Notes under the pieces: generated by a model | What the model was told of the DNA's origin: nothing | What the model saw: the letters and a program-made list of their open reading frames with translations, nothing else | Database searches by the model: none | Shown here: positions 38,698 to 48,299 of the stretch, piece after piece | Layout of the letters: each line of letters starts with the position of its first letter | Numbering within the stretch: position 1 is the stretch's first letter | Translations under genes and position numbers: made by a program | From: Candidatus Hydrogenedentota bacterium | Lineage (GTDB): Bacteria > Hydrogenedentota > Hydrogenedentia > Hydrogenedentales > SLHB01 | Assembly (NCBI GenBank): GCA_045863335.1 | Contig: BTVY01000002.1 | Coordinates: forward strand, 192,562 to 256,561 | Length of the DNA: 64,000 nt | Direction: 5' to 3'

Positions 38698-39018
38698 ATG
38701 CCAACCTATTCATATCAGTGCCAGAAGTGCGAGACCGTCCGAGACGTCTTCCATAGCATGTCCGCAACGCCACGTCTCACGTGCGAGAGTTGTGGCAGCC
38801 GCCGAATGAAGCGGCTCCTCGGCACCGGAGCGGGAATCATTTTCAAAGGTTCCGGCTTCTACGAGACCGACTACAAGAACGGCTCGAAGAAGAAGAACGG
38901 CGAATCCAGCGGATCGGAGTCCAAATCCGAAAGCAAGTCTGAAAGCAAAACAGAAACGGCCAAGACCGAATCGAAGTCCAGTACGAAGAAATCGGCGGGG
39001 AGCGGCTCGGCCGCCTAA
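38698..39018 (+). CDS. FmdB-family zinc-ribbon protein
   Basis: MPTYSYQCQKC..CESCG..GIIFKGSGFYETDY with Ser/Lys/Glu-rich tail. Confidence 0.9.
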   Translation: MPTYSYQCQKCETVRDVFHSMSATPRLTCESCGSRRMKRLLGTGAGIIFKGSGFYETDYKNGSKKKNGESSGSESKSESKSESKTETAKTESKSSTKKSAGSGSAA

Positions 39019-39208
39019 GCAATCCATTCCGGGCGCGTTCGAGACTGTCTCGACCGCGCTCGAATTGTTTATAGCAGTGGGGACGAAATCCGGGCACTTC
39101 AGATCCGGGGAGCAACCTTCCCGAAGGGCGGTAAGTGCGCATAGCGTGTCTTCTTCACATATTCAGGACACGCGGCAGCACGACCAACCAAGGGGAGCGC
39201 GAAAGACC

Positions 39209-40396
39209 ATGAACACCATCGAAATCAAAACCCTCGGCGAAGAGCACATCATCAACACGTACGGTTCGCGGAACCTCGCGTTCGTACGGGGCGAAGGGAC
39301 CGCCCTCTGGGATGCGGACGGCAGGGAGTACCTGGACTTTTTCGCCGGCATCGCGGTGGTCGGGTTAGGTCATTGCCACCCCGCGGTCACGAAAGCCATC
39401 TGCGAGCAAGCCAAGACGTTGGTCCACGTATCCAACCTTTACCACACGCAACCGCAGGTCGAACTCGCCGCGTTGCTCTGCAAGCACACCTTCGCGGATC
39501 GGTGGTTCTTCAGTAACTGCGGCGCGACGGCGATCGAATCCGCCATCAAAATCGTCCGGCGGTACTGGCATCAAAAGGGCACGCCGAAGCCCGAGATCAT
39601 CGCCATGAATCAGTCCTTCCACGGCCGGACCATGGCGGCCATCACCGCGACCGGCCAGCCGAAATACCACGAAGGTTTCGCCCCCATGCTGCCGGGGATC
39701 AAGCACGTGCCGTACAACGACCTCGACGCATTGCGGAACGCCGTGACGAAGGAGACCGGCGCAATCCTGATGGAACTGATCCAGGGCGAAGGCGGCGTAC
39801 GGGTCGCGGACGAGGCATTCGTCAAGGGCGCGCGGAAACTCTGCGACGAGAAAGGGATTCTACTCGTATTCGATGAAGTGCAGACCGGCATGGGCCGGAC
39901 CGGCAAACTCTTCGCCCACGAACATTACGGCATCACGCCCGACGTCATCTGCATCGCGAAAGCGCTTGGCAACGGTGTTCCCATCGGCGCGATGGGTTGT
40001 ACGGAAGAAGTGGCGACCGGTTTCAGTGTGGGTTCCCACGCGACGACCTTTGGCGGTAATCCGCTATGTACCGCCGCCGCAAAGGCTACGTTGGAGACCA
40101 TGGTTCAACCGGGATTCCTCGACCACGTTGCCGAAGTCGGCGAATACTTCCTGAACCAACTCAGAGGTTTATCCCAAAAACACGAGCAGATCGTAGAAGT
40201 CCGGGGCAAAGGACTCATGATCGGCGCCGAACTCAACGATGCCGTAGCGCCGGTGGTCCAGAAAATGCTCGCCGCCGGCATCGTGTGCGGACCCGCCGGA
40301 CCCAACGTGCTCCGCTTCGTTCCCCCACTCATCGTGACGTCTGAACAGGTTGACCGGGTGGTGGCCGCGCTGGACGCGGCACTTGGAGAGAGTTGA
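39209..40396 (+). CDS. argD: Acetylornithine aminotransferase
   Basis: YLDFFAGIAV..LGHCHP, HVSNLY, SFHGRT, IQGEGG, FDEVQTGMGRTG, AKALGNG, TFGGNP. Confidence 0.92.
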   Translation: MNTIEIKTLGEEHIINTYGSRNLAFVRGEGTALWDADGREYLDFFAGIAVVGLGHCHPAVTKAICEQAKTLVHVSNLYHTQPQVELAALLCKHTFADRWFFSNCGATAIESAIKIVRRYWHQKGTPKPEIIAMNQSFHGRTMAAITATGQPKYHEGFAPMLPGIKHVPYNDLDALRNAVTKETGAILMELIQGEGGVRVADEAFVKGARKLCDEKGILLVFDEVQTGMGRTGKLFAHEHYGITPDVICIAKALGNGVPIGAMGCTEEVATGFSVGSHATTFGGNPLCTAAAKATLETMVQPGFLDHVAEVGEYFLNQLRGLSQKHEQIVEVRGKGLMIGAELNDAVAPVVQKMLAAGIVCGPAGPNVLRFVPPLIVTSEQVDRVVAALDAALGES

Positions 40397-40397
40397 C

Positions 40398-41315
40398 ATG
40401 CTCCACGATCTCATTTCGCTCGCCGATCTCACCACGGAAGAAATCCAGGGCCTCCTGGATCTGTCCGCAAAACTGAAGAAGGACCTGAAGGAAGGCAAAT
40501 CCGCGCGCCCGCTCGATGGCAAAACGGTTGCCATGATTTTCGAGAAGCCGAGTCTGCGCACGCGCGTCACCTTCGAGACCGGGATCTTTCAGCTCGGCGG
40601 CCATGGGATTGTGCTGGAGTCCGGCCAGATCAAGTTGGGCGAACGCGAATCGGTACCCGATATCGCGCGCAACCTCGAGCGCTGGGTTGATGGCATCGTC
40701 GCGCGCACCTACCGTCATGAGTCCGTCGTCGACTTGGCGGCCTTCGCGTCGGTGCCGGTGATCAATGCCTTGACGGACAAGCTCCACCCTTGCCAGGTGC
40801 TTGCCGACGCGCAGGCTTTGGTCGAGTGCAAGGGGGATCTGAGCAGCCTGAAACTCGCATTTGTCGGCGACGGAAACAACGTATGCGCTTCGTGGTTCAA
40901 CTTCGCGGCGAAGATCCCTCTCAACGTGACCTTGGTCTGCCCGGAAGGGTATGAAATCGAGCAGGATATCCTGGACTATGCCCAGCGGCATGCGAAAGGT
41001 ACCGTTGAGGTAACGCACGATATCGAGGCCGGTCTGAAGTTCGCCGATGCCGTCTACACCGATGTCTGGGCCAGCATGGGCCAGGAGGACGAAACGGAAG
41101 CGAGGAAGAAGATCTTCGCGCCGTATCAAGTGAACACGAAGTTGATGGCACTCGCCAAATCGGACGCCGTGTTCATGCACTGCCTCCCCGCGAAGCGCGG
41201 TCTGGAGGTCACGGACGAAGTCATCGACAGCGAACGCTCCATTGTATTCGACGAAGCTGAGAATCGGCTTCATGCCCAAAAGGCAATCTTGGTCTCCCTA
41301 CTGGGTGGCGCATAG
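40398..41315 (+). CDS. argF: Ornithine carbamoyltransferase
   Basis: FEKPSLRTR, HPCQ, DVWASMG, HCLPA, AENRLH. Confidence 0.95.
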   Translation: MLHDLISLADLTTEEIQGLLDLSAKLKKDLKEGKSARPLDGKTVAMIFEKPSLRTRVTFETGIFQLGGHGIVLESGQIKLGERESVPDIARNLERWVDGIVARTYRHESVVDLAAFASVPVINALTDKLHPCQVLADAQALVECKGDLSSLKLAFVGDGNNVCASWFNFAAKIPLNVTLVCPEGYEIEQDILDYAQRHAKGTVEVTHDIEAGLKFADAVYTDVWASMGQEDETEARKKIFAPYQVNTKLMALAKSDAVFMHCLPAKRGLEVTDEVIDSERSIVFDEAENRLHAQKAILVSLLGGA

Positions 41316-41385
41316 CATTGGCAATACCGCGTCTGAAGCCCGCGTTTGGGCGGACGTGGTTTGAGGTGAGAAAGGGAATCAGAAC

Positions 41386-42603
41386 ATGGCGTCAGATGTA
41401 AAGAAAATCGCACTTGCCTATTCGGGCGGTTTGGACACCTCGGTAATTCTCAAATGGCTCCAGGAGACTTATAAAGCCGACATAGTGGCGTATATTGCCG
41501 ACATCGGCCAGGGCGAAGAGACGGCCCCCGCCGTGGAGAAGGCCAAAAAGACCGGGGCCAGTTCGGTCCATTGTCTCGATCTCCGCGAAGAGTTTGTTCG
41601 CGACTATGTATTCCCCGCCATGCGGGCCAACGCCATTTACGAGGGCTGCTACCTGCTGGGAACCAGCATCGCCCGGCCCCTCATCGCGAAGGGCCAGATC
41701 GATGTACTGCGGAAGGAAAAGGCTGACGCAGTATCCCACGGCGCGACGGGCAAAGGCAACGACCAGGTCCGCTTTGAGCTGACCTATCTCGCCCTCGAAC
41801 CCAATGTGACGATTATCGCCCCCTGGCGGGATCCGAAGTGGGATCTGACGAGCCGCACCAAGATGCTGGACTACGCCGAGAAGCACGGTATCGAGGTGCC
41901 GGTCACGGCGGCTAAGCCGTACTCCATGGATGCCAACCTGCTCCACATCTCCTATGAAGGGGGCATTCTCGAGGACCCGTGGAACGAGCCGCCCATGGAT
42001 ATGTTCCGGCGCACCGTGGACCCCTCCCAGTCACCTGACGAGCCGACCTATGTCGAGATCGACTTCGAGGAAGGTACACCGGTGGCCGTCGACGGCAAGC
42101 GCCTGGGTCCGGTGGAATTGATGGAGACGCTCAACAAGCTCGCCGGCGCCAACGGCGTGGGGCGCGTGGACTTGGTCGAGAACCGGTTTGTGGGCATGAA
42201 ATCGCGCGGCGTGTACGAGACTCCGGGGGGCACCGTGCTGTACGCGGCCCATCGAGCGGTCGAATCGCTGACGATGGATCGGGAAGTCATGCTCGAACGG
42301 GATCGCCTCTCCCCCAAGATCGCCCAGCTCATGTACAACGGATTCTGGTTCGCACCGGAGATGAAGGTCCTGAAGGCCTTCGTCGACAAGACGCAGGAAG
42401 ATGTGACGGGCACGGCCCGCATCAAGCTCTACAAGGGGAACTGCACCGTGGTCGGCCGCAAGGCGCCGAAGTCGCTCTACGACCCGCAGATTTCGACCTT
42501 TGAGGAAGATGAAGGGGCGTATGCGCAGAGCGACGCGGGAGCGTTCATCCGCCTGAATGCGCTGCGGCTCCGGGTGCGGAAGAACGCCGGGTTGGAACCG
42601 TAG
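41386..42603 (+). CDS. argG: Argininosuccinate synthase
   Basis: [41 protein letters not shown]. Confidence 0.97.
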   Translation: MASDVKKIALAYSGGLDTSVILKWLQETYKADIVAYIADIGQGEETAPAVEKAKKTGASSVHCLDLREEFVRDYVFPAMRANAIYEGCYLLGTSIARPLIAKGQIDVLRKEKADAVSHGATGKGNDQVRFELTYLALEPNVTIIAPWRDPKWDLTSRTKMLDYAEKHGIEVPVTAAKPYSMDANLLHISYEGGILEDPWNEPPMDMFRRTVDPSQSPDEPTYVEIDFEEGTPVAVDGKRLGPVELMETLNKLAGANGVGRVDLVENRFVGMKSRGVYETPGGTVLYAAHRAVESLTMDREVMLERDRLSPKIAQLMYNGFWFAPEMKVLKAFVDKTQEDVTGTARIKLYKGNCTVVGRKAPKSLYDPQISTFEEDEGAYAQSDAGAFIRLNALRLRVRKNAGLEP

Positions 42604-42638
42604 GAAGCGAATCAGTCCAACGCGGGAAGGCAGTTCAC

Positions 42639-44012
42639 ATGGCGAAACAATGGGGCGGACGGTTCGAGGCGAAGACCGACGCGCTCGTGGAGAAACTGGG
42701 CGAGTCGGTTTCCTTCGACGCGCGGCTAGCGCCGTGGGATATCCGGGCGAGCCTGGCCCACGCGCGCATGCTCGGGGAACAGGGAATCCTGACCAAGAAG
42801 GACGTGCGCGCGATCCTCTCCGGGCTAAAAGGAATCGCGACAGAAATCGAGTCGGGTGCATTTCACTTCGATCCCGCGCTGGAGGACGTTCACACCAACA
42901 TTGAAGTCGCCCTGGTGAAGCGCATTGGCGATGCCGGCAAGCGGCTGCACACCGGCCGCAGCCGGAACGATCAAATTGCGACCGACGTCCGTCTCTGGAC
43001 GCGGGACCAAATTGACACCGTGCTCAGCCTTCTTCGTGACTTGCGGGGCGCTCTGGTCGATTTCGCCGAGGCGCACATCGACGTGATTCTCCCGGGATGC
43101 ACGCACCTGCAACACGCGCAACCGGTACTCCTCGCGCACCATTTCCTTGCCTATTTCGAGATGTTCAGCCGCGACGCACAACGCTTCACTGAACTACGGC
43201 GGCGCGTGAACGTGCTGCCGCTCGGGTCGGCAGCGCTTGCCGGTACCCCCTACCCCATCGATCGAAAAATGGTCGCGAAGGAACTGGGCTTCGAAGCGGT
43301 TTCCGCGAACAGCATGGACGCGGTCTCGGATCGGGATTTTGCCATCGAGTTTTGCTCTTGCGCGTCGCTGACCATGATGCACCTGAGCCGGTTCTGTGAA
43401 GAGATGATTCTCTGGTCCACGCCGGAGTTCGGGTTCATCGAGATTGGGGATGCCTACACCACCGGTTCGAGCATCATGCCCCAGAAGAAGAACCCCGACG
43501 TGGCGGAGTTGGTTCGGGGCAAGACCGGCCGGGTCTATGGTAGTCTGACGGCGCTCCTCACGTTGATGAAGGGATTGCCAATGACTTACAACCGGGATCT
43601 GCAAGAGGACAAGGAACCGCTATTCGACGCGTCGGACACGATCCAGCTTTGCGTGGCGGTTGTGGCCCGCATGATCCCCTCGATCAAGGTTCGCCCCGAT
43701 GCCATGATTGCGGCGGCGCGCGAAGGATTCTTGGAAGCCACAGACGTGGCGGACTATCTGGTGGGCAAGGGAATGCCGTTTCGCGAAGCCCACGGCGTGG
43801 TGGGCCGCATCGTGCTGCACTGCGAAAAACACGGAAAACGCTTGCCAGACTTGACAACTCAGGAATTCCAGACTTTCAGCCCGCGTTTCTCTGCGGATGT
43901 CCATCGGCTCCTGGACTCGGAATCCATCGTGAATCGGCGCGACAACCTTGGCGCCACAGCCCCAACACGGGTGCGGGCGGCGCTCCGCGCAGCGCGTAAA
44001 ATGCTGCAATAG
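42639..44012 (+). CDS. argH: Argininosuccinate lyase
   Basis: WGGRF, LHTGRSRNDQ, GSSIMPQKKNPD, YNRDLQEDK. Confidence 0.97.
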   Translation: MAKQWGGRFEAKTDALVEKLGESVSFDARLAPWDIRASLAHARMLGEQGILTKKDVRAILSGLKGIATEIESGAFHFDPALEDVHTNIEVALVKRIGDAGKRLHTGRSRNDQIATDVRLWTRDQIDTVLSLLRDLRGALVDFAEAHIDVILPGCTHLQHAQPVLLAHHFLAYFEMFSRDAQRFTELRRRVNVLPLGSAALAGTPYPIDRKMVAKELGFEAVSANSMDAVSDRDFAIEFCSCASLTMMHLSRFCEEMILWSTPEFGFIEIGDAYTTGSSIMPQKKNPDVAELVRGKTGRVYGSLTALLTLMKGLPMTYNRDLQEDKEPLFDASDTIQLCVAVVARMIPSIKVRPDAMIAAAREGFLEATDVADYLVGKGMPFREAHGVVGRIVLHCEKHGKRLPDLTTQEFQTFSPRFSADVHRLLDSESIVNRRDNLGATAPTRVRAALRAARKMLQ

Positions 44013-44081
44013 TGGTTTGTTAGGCATTCCGTCCCCCCGTGTGGTACCATTCCGAATGTGTCGACTTCTTTGGGCGGCTCT

Positions 44082-45563
44082 ATGAAAAGTACGAACAAGA
44101 TTCTCGTCGTTGACGATGAAGCGGTAATTAGAGAACTCTTGACGGATATCCTTGAAGACGACGGATATCCGGTAGAAGCCATGCCCAACGCGCCTTCCGC
44201 GCTCAACCTCCTTAAAGACCGCGACGATTTCGTTCTCCTGTTCACCGACATCATGATGCCGGATATGGACGGTATTCAGTTGATTCGGGAAGCGCGCAAG
44301 ATTCGCCCCACCATAATCCCCATCGTGATGACGGGGTTCGCCACCCTGGAAACCGCGCGCGCCGCCGTCAAAGAGGGCGCATACGATTACGTCCTCAAGC
44401 CCTTCAGCTTGAGCGAGGTCAAGCTCGCCGTGGCCAATGCCATTGAGCGGTACCGGCTCGCCACGGAGAATGCGCGGCTCAGGGAACTGACAGAAATTTT
44501 CAGCATCAGCGAATCCATGGCCGGGATACAGGACGAACGAAGGCTCCTCGACTTCGTGTTACAGGCGGCCCTCAACCAGGTCGGCGCCTATCGCGGCTCC
44601 TTGATGGTTGCCGGTGAAGACGGCAGAACGCTGGAGGTGGCATCGAGCGCGGGCCTGTCCGAGGAGGCCGTTTCCACGATCGTCGAGTTTGGGAAAGGGA
44701 TATCGGGTAAGGTGGCCGAGAGCGGCCAATCCATTTTGGTCGAGAATATGGCGGAACGGCCGGAAGTGGAGAAGATTAGCCGGCGCCTCACGGAGACCTC
44801 GTTCGTATCTTTACCCCTGAAGGCATCAGGATCGCCCAATGGTCCCGAGGCCGCCCAGGTGCTCGCCGTTTTGAACGTCTGCGGCAAGCACGGGAACGGT
44901 TCGTTCACCGAGGCGGACCTGAAAACACTCGATATCGTCGCCAACCATGCGGCGGCTGCGCTAGGGAACGTGCGGCGCTTACGCCGTGTCGAACGAGCAC
45001 ACCTTGCCACCCTCGAGCACATGGCGCAACTCCTGGAAGCGCGCGACGACTATCTAGCTGGGCACAGTGCGCGGGTTCGCGATGTGGCGATGCGGCTCGC
45101 GGCCAGCCTGGAAGTGTCGCCCGCGGAATGCGAGCAGTTGGGAGTGGTTGCCTTGTTCCACGACATCGGTTACATGGGTGTCGATCCCACACTTCTTAGC
45201 AAGCCCGGAGAATTGAGCGACCACGAACAAGAGCAAGTCCGCCAGCACACGGTGATCGGAGATACGATCATACAGTCGGCCGAGATGCTGACGCCGGAGC
45301 AACGGCGCCTGGTTCGGAATCACCACGAGCGGGTCGACGGGTCGGGATATCCTGACGGGCTGTCTGGGGACGAGATCCCGTTGGTGGTACGCATCCTGAG
45401 TGTGGCCGAGGCCGTCGTCGCCATGGCCAGCGATCGGCCCTATCGGAAAGCCCTGGCCCCTGATGTAATCGTGACTGAATTGCAGTCGAAGCGTGGCGAA
45501 CAATTTGATCCCGCCATCGCGGACAAGACAATTCACCTGATTCAGAACGGCGGTCTCTTCTAG
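44082..45563 (+). CDS. Response regulator REC-GAF-HD-GYP
   Basis: ILVVDDE..TDIMMP..KPF receiver; GAF; GHS, FHDIG, HHERVDGSGYP. Confidence 0.9.
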   Translation: MKSTNKILVVDDEAVIRELLTDILEDDGYPVEAMPNAPSALNLLKDRDDFVLLFTDIMMPDMDGIQLIREARKIRPTIIPIVMTGFATLETARAAVKEGAYDYVLKPFSLSEVKLAVANAIERYRLATENARLRELTEIFSISESMAGIQDERRLLDFVLQAALNQVGAYRGSLMVAGEDGRTLEVASSAGLSEEAVSTIVEFGKGISGKVAESGQSILVENMAERPEVEKISRRLTETSFVSLPLKASGSPNGPEAAQVLAVLNVCGKHGNGSFTEADLKTLDIVANHAAAALGNVRRLRRVERAHLATLEHMAQLLEARDDYLAGHSARVRDVAMRLAASLEVSPAECEQLGVVALFHDIGYMGVDPTLLSKPGELSDHEQEQVRQHTVIGDTIIQSAEMLTPEQRRLVRNHHERVDGSGYPDGLSGDEIPLVVRILSVAEAVVAMASDRPYRKALAPDVIVTELQSKRGEQFDPAIADKTIHLIQNGGLF

Positions 45564-45582
45564 CGCGAGCCGCCCCCCCTGC

Positions 45583-46437
45583 CTAGAAATTCCGAACCAG
45601 CGCTTCAACCACCGTGCCACGGCGATCCGCGCGGCTGTTCACCAATCGCGTTGCGTTGACCGATTCCACCTTGAACCCGCGGTACAAATTCTGAATGAAC
45701 TTTGTCATCGAATTCGAAAGAATGAACTTCACGCCCTTCGCGTCCAGGGTACGTGCAACGTCTGCCAGACGTTGCTGCTCCGCGCGCCCAAACCCGCCAC
45801 GGTCGTAGGCGGTGAACGATGCGGTCTTCGACACGGGATCGTAGGGCGGATCGAAGTACACGAGGTCCCCCGCTTTCGCGCGGCCCACGACCATCTCGAA
45901 CGACTGGACGGAAATGTCGGCACGCTGAAGCGCTTCCGACGTGGCGCGGAGATTTACCTCGTCGCAGATGCGGGGATTTTTGTATCGCCCGAAGGGGACG
46001 TTGAAGATGCCTCGGCTGTTCTCGCGGAACAACCCGTTGTAGCAGGTCTTGTTCAGGTAGATGATGCGAGCCGCGCGTTCAAAGAGGTCCTCGGGCACCG
46101 CATCGCGCAGGGCGTAGTAATATTCTTCGGAGTGTTTTTCGCGATGGCGCTGCAAATGGTCGATCACCCGCTCGACATCTTGTTTCACGCCAAGGTACGC
46201 GGCGATCAGCCGCTCGTTGTTGTCGCTGAGATACGCGCGCTTGGTATTCCGGCGCAACCGATTAGTTCGTACGAGTTCGAAGAACAACGCGCCACCGCCA
46301 ACGAAGGGCTCGTGGTAACGGCCGAAATCGCCCGCTCTTTCGACTTGGGCGATGAGGGGGCCCAAGAGTTGCCCCTTCCCTCCCACCCACTTCAGAAATG
46401 GACGCGGGACCTCCAGCTTCCGGCGGGTGTAACTCAT
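45583..46437 (-). CDS. dam: Dam/D12-class DNA adenine methyltransferase
   Basis: PFLKWVGGK, EPFVGGGA, YNGLFREN..FNVPFG, YFDPPY, LSNS. Confidence 0.9.
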   Translation of the reverse strand: MSYTRRKLEVPRPFLKWVGGKGQLLGPLIAQVERAGDFGRYHEPFVGGGALFFELVRTNRLRRNTKRAYLSDNNERLIAAYLGVKQDVERVIDHLQRHREKHSEEYYYALRDAVPEDLFERAARIIYLNKTCYNGLFRENSRGIFNVPFGRYKNPRICDEVNLRATSEALQRADISVQSFEMVVGRAKAGDLVYFDPPYDPVSKTASFTAYDRGGFGRAEQQRLADVARTLDAKGVKFILSNSMTKFIQNLYRGFKVESVNATRLVNSRADRRGTVVEALVRNF

Positions 46438-46823
46438 AGTCCGAAGTACAACTCCAACCAGTCCCGGAGATCGATCAGATTTACGGCCATTCCAGTGGAC
46501 AGCAGGTACGACTCCATGTTGCTCGAGAATCCCCGGCCCGAATACACGACGATTCCGCGAATGGGCCACGCGCGGATATCTTCCAAGGTTGCGGGGATCT
46601 TCTCTTCCGCACTCCCTTGGCCGTCTTGAAACTTGCACTCGACGCCCAGGCTCACGCGGGTTTCGGGATGCTTGAGCACGACGTCGATCCGCCGCTTCGC
46701 GCCCCAGATGCGCCGCCCGACCGGGACCTCCAATTCAACGACGAGACCCAAGGTTGCGCCCAAGGAGGCGACTTCCGTTTGTAGTTCCTTGCCGGAAGCG
46801 ACGGCCTGCTGTTTACCTGGCAT
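46434..46823 (-). CDS. Small PD-(D/E)XK nuclease (putative cognate endonuclease)
   Basis: RRIDVV..GVECKFQ..GSAEEK; ATGA overlap with the methylase. Confidence 0.8.
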   Translation of the reverse strand: MPGKQQAVASGKELQTEVASLGATLGLVVELEVPVGRRIWGAKRRIDVVLKHPETRVSLGVECKFQDGQGSAEEKIPATLEDIRAWPIRGIVVYSGRGFSSNMESYLLSTGMAVNLIDLRDWLELYFGL

Positions 46824-46939
46824 GATTCCTCGGAGAACGTGTGAACAACGATGGGCGAGTATGCCTGATGGGTGCGAGGGGATTCAACGAATGCAGGGTG
46901 CATCTCGCGTCGCAGGCGGACTCCGCGCGCTTCCGTGAC

Positions 46940-46968
46940 TTGCGGGTGGCCTATGCCTGTGGTACGAT
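46940..46968 (+). promoter_or_regulatory. Putative sigma70 promoter with extended -10
   Basis: TTGCGG-N17-TACGAT preceded by TGn. Confidence 0.5.
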
Positions 46969-47084
46969 TGGCCAAGGTTCCGGCAGAGGCACTTCTCGCC
47001 GGGGCATTCGGGGACGCTGACCTGGAAGAAAGGGTACACCATGTATCTTATGCGGTACAGGGGTTCTTATTGCGCGGGGTGGCA

Positions 47085-48293
47085 ATGGCTTCCTTGAATA
47101 CGCCAAGCGCCGGTTTCAGTCGCGACAAGCCGGTGATCCTGGTCGTCGACGACATGCCGGAGAACATCTCGTTGATGCGGCGGCTGCTGGCGCCGAAGGG
47201 GTATACCATCGCGGAAGCGCTGGGCGGAGTCGCGGCTTTGGAGGTGGTCGCTACGGACCCGCCGGACGTGATTCTCCTCGACCTCATCATGCCCGACATG
47301 AATGGATTCGAGGTCTGCGACCGGCTCAAGCGCGACCTGAGCACCCGGCACATTCCCATCATCATCATTACGGGCGTGGCCGAGCACGATGCGAATATCC
47401 GTGCGCTGGAAGCCGGCGTCGACGATTTCCTCATTCGGCCCATCGACCCCGTCCTGCTGGATGCGCGCATCCGTTCGTCCGTGAAGTCCAAGGCGCTTCA
47501 AGACCAGATCATCAAGTACCAGCGGCGGCTCGAAGACGACAATCTGGCGCTGGAGGAACGGGTCCGGGAGCGCACGGCGCAGTTGGAGCGGACTCAACAG
47601 GTCACCATGTTTTCGATGGCACGGCTGGCCGAATCTCGCGACCCGGAAACCGGAGAACATCTCGAGCGGATGCGGCGGTACGTTCGCGAAATCGCGATCG
47701 AAATGGGGTCTTGGACCAAGTATGACGGGATCATCGATAGCGGGTTCGTCGAGATCCTCTACTATTCGAGCCCGCTTCACGATATCGGCAAAGTGGGCAT
47801 TCCCGATCAGATCCTGTTGAAACCTGGAAAGCTGAGTCCGGAAGAGTTCGACATCATGAAGACCCATACGCTCGTGGGAGGTGACACGCTCAAAGCGGCT
47901 GACGAAGAGGCCGGGGGCAACTCATTCCTTACCATGGGCCGTGATATTGCGTACTACCATCATGAGAAGTGGGACGGCAATGGCTATCCCTACGGGTTGA
48001 AAGGGGAGGACATTCCCTTGCCGGCGCGTATCGTGGCGTTAGGAGACGCCTACGACGCGCTCACGTCGAAACGCCCCTATAAAGAGCCGTTTTCCCATGA
48101 GAAGTCGCGCGACATCATCCTGGAAGCTGCCGGAGCGCACTTCGACCCGGATGTCATCGAGGCCTTCAAAGCGAGGGATACGCGGTTCATCCGGATACGG
48201 GATCAATATCAGGATTCCGGGCACCTGACGCACATCGAGCAGATCAATCAGACACTCGAGCGGTTGCGCCAACTCCAGGATCGGGCCCCGTGA
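47085..48293 (+). CDS. Response regulator REC-HD-GYP (RpfG-like c-di-GMP phosphodiesterase)
   Basis: ILVVDD..LDLIMP; RDPETGEH, LHDIGK, HHEKWDGNGYP, GDAYDAL. Confidence 0.93.
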   Translation: MASLNTPSAGFSRDKPVILVVDDMPENISLMRRLLAPKGYTIAEALGGVAALEVVATDPPDVILLDLIMPDMNGFEVCDRLKRDLSTRHIPIIIITGVAEHDANIRALEAGVDDFLIRPIDPVLLDARIRSSVKSKALQDQIIKYQRRLEDDNLALEERVRERTAQLERTQQVTMFSMARLAESRDPETGEHLERMRRYVREIAIEMGSWTKYDGIIDSGFVEILYYSSPLHDIGKVGIPDQILLKPGKLSPEEFDIMKTHTLVGGDTLKAADEEAGGNSFLTMGRDIAYYHHEKWDGNGYPYGLKGEDIPLPARIVALGDAYDALTSKRPYKEPFSHEKSRDIILEAAGAHFDPDVIEAFKARDTRFIRIRDQYQDSGHLTHIEQINQTLERLRQLQDRAP

Positions 48294-48299
48294 CGCTGA

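Noticed and set aside
38905-38990. Repetitive ESKS-coding DNA
   Set aside because: Ordinary low-complexity tail of FmdB-family proteins
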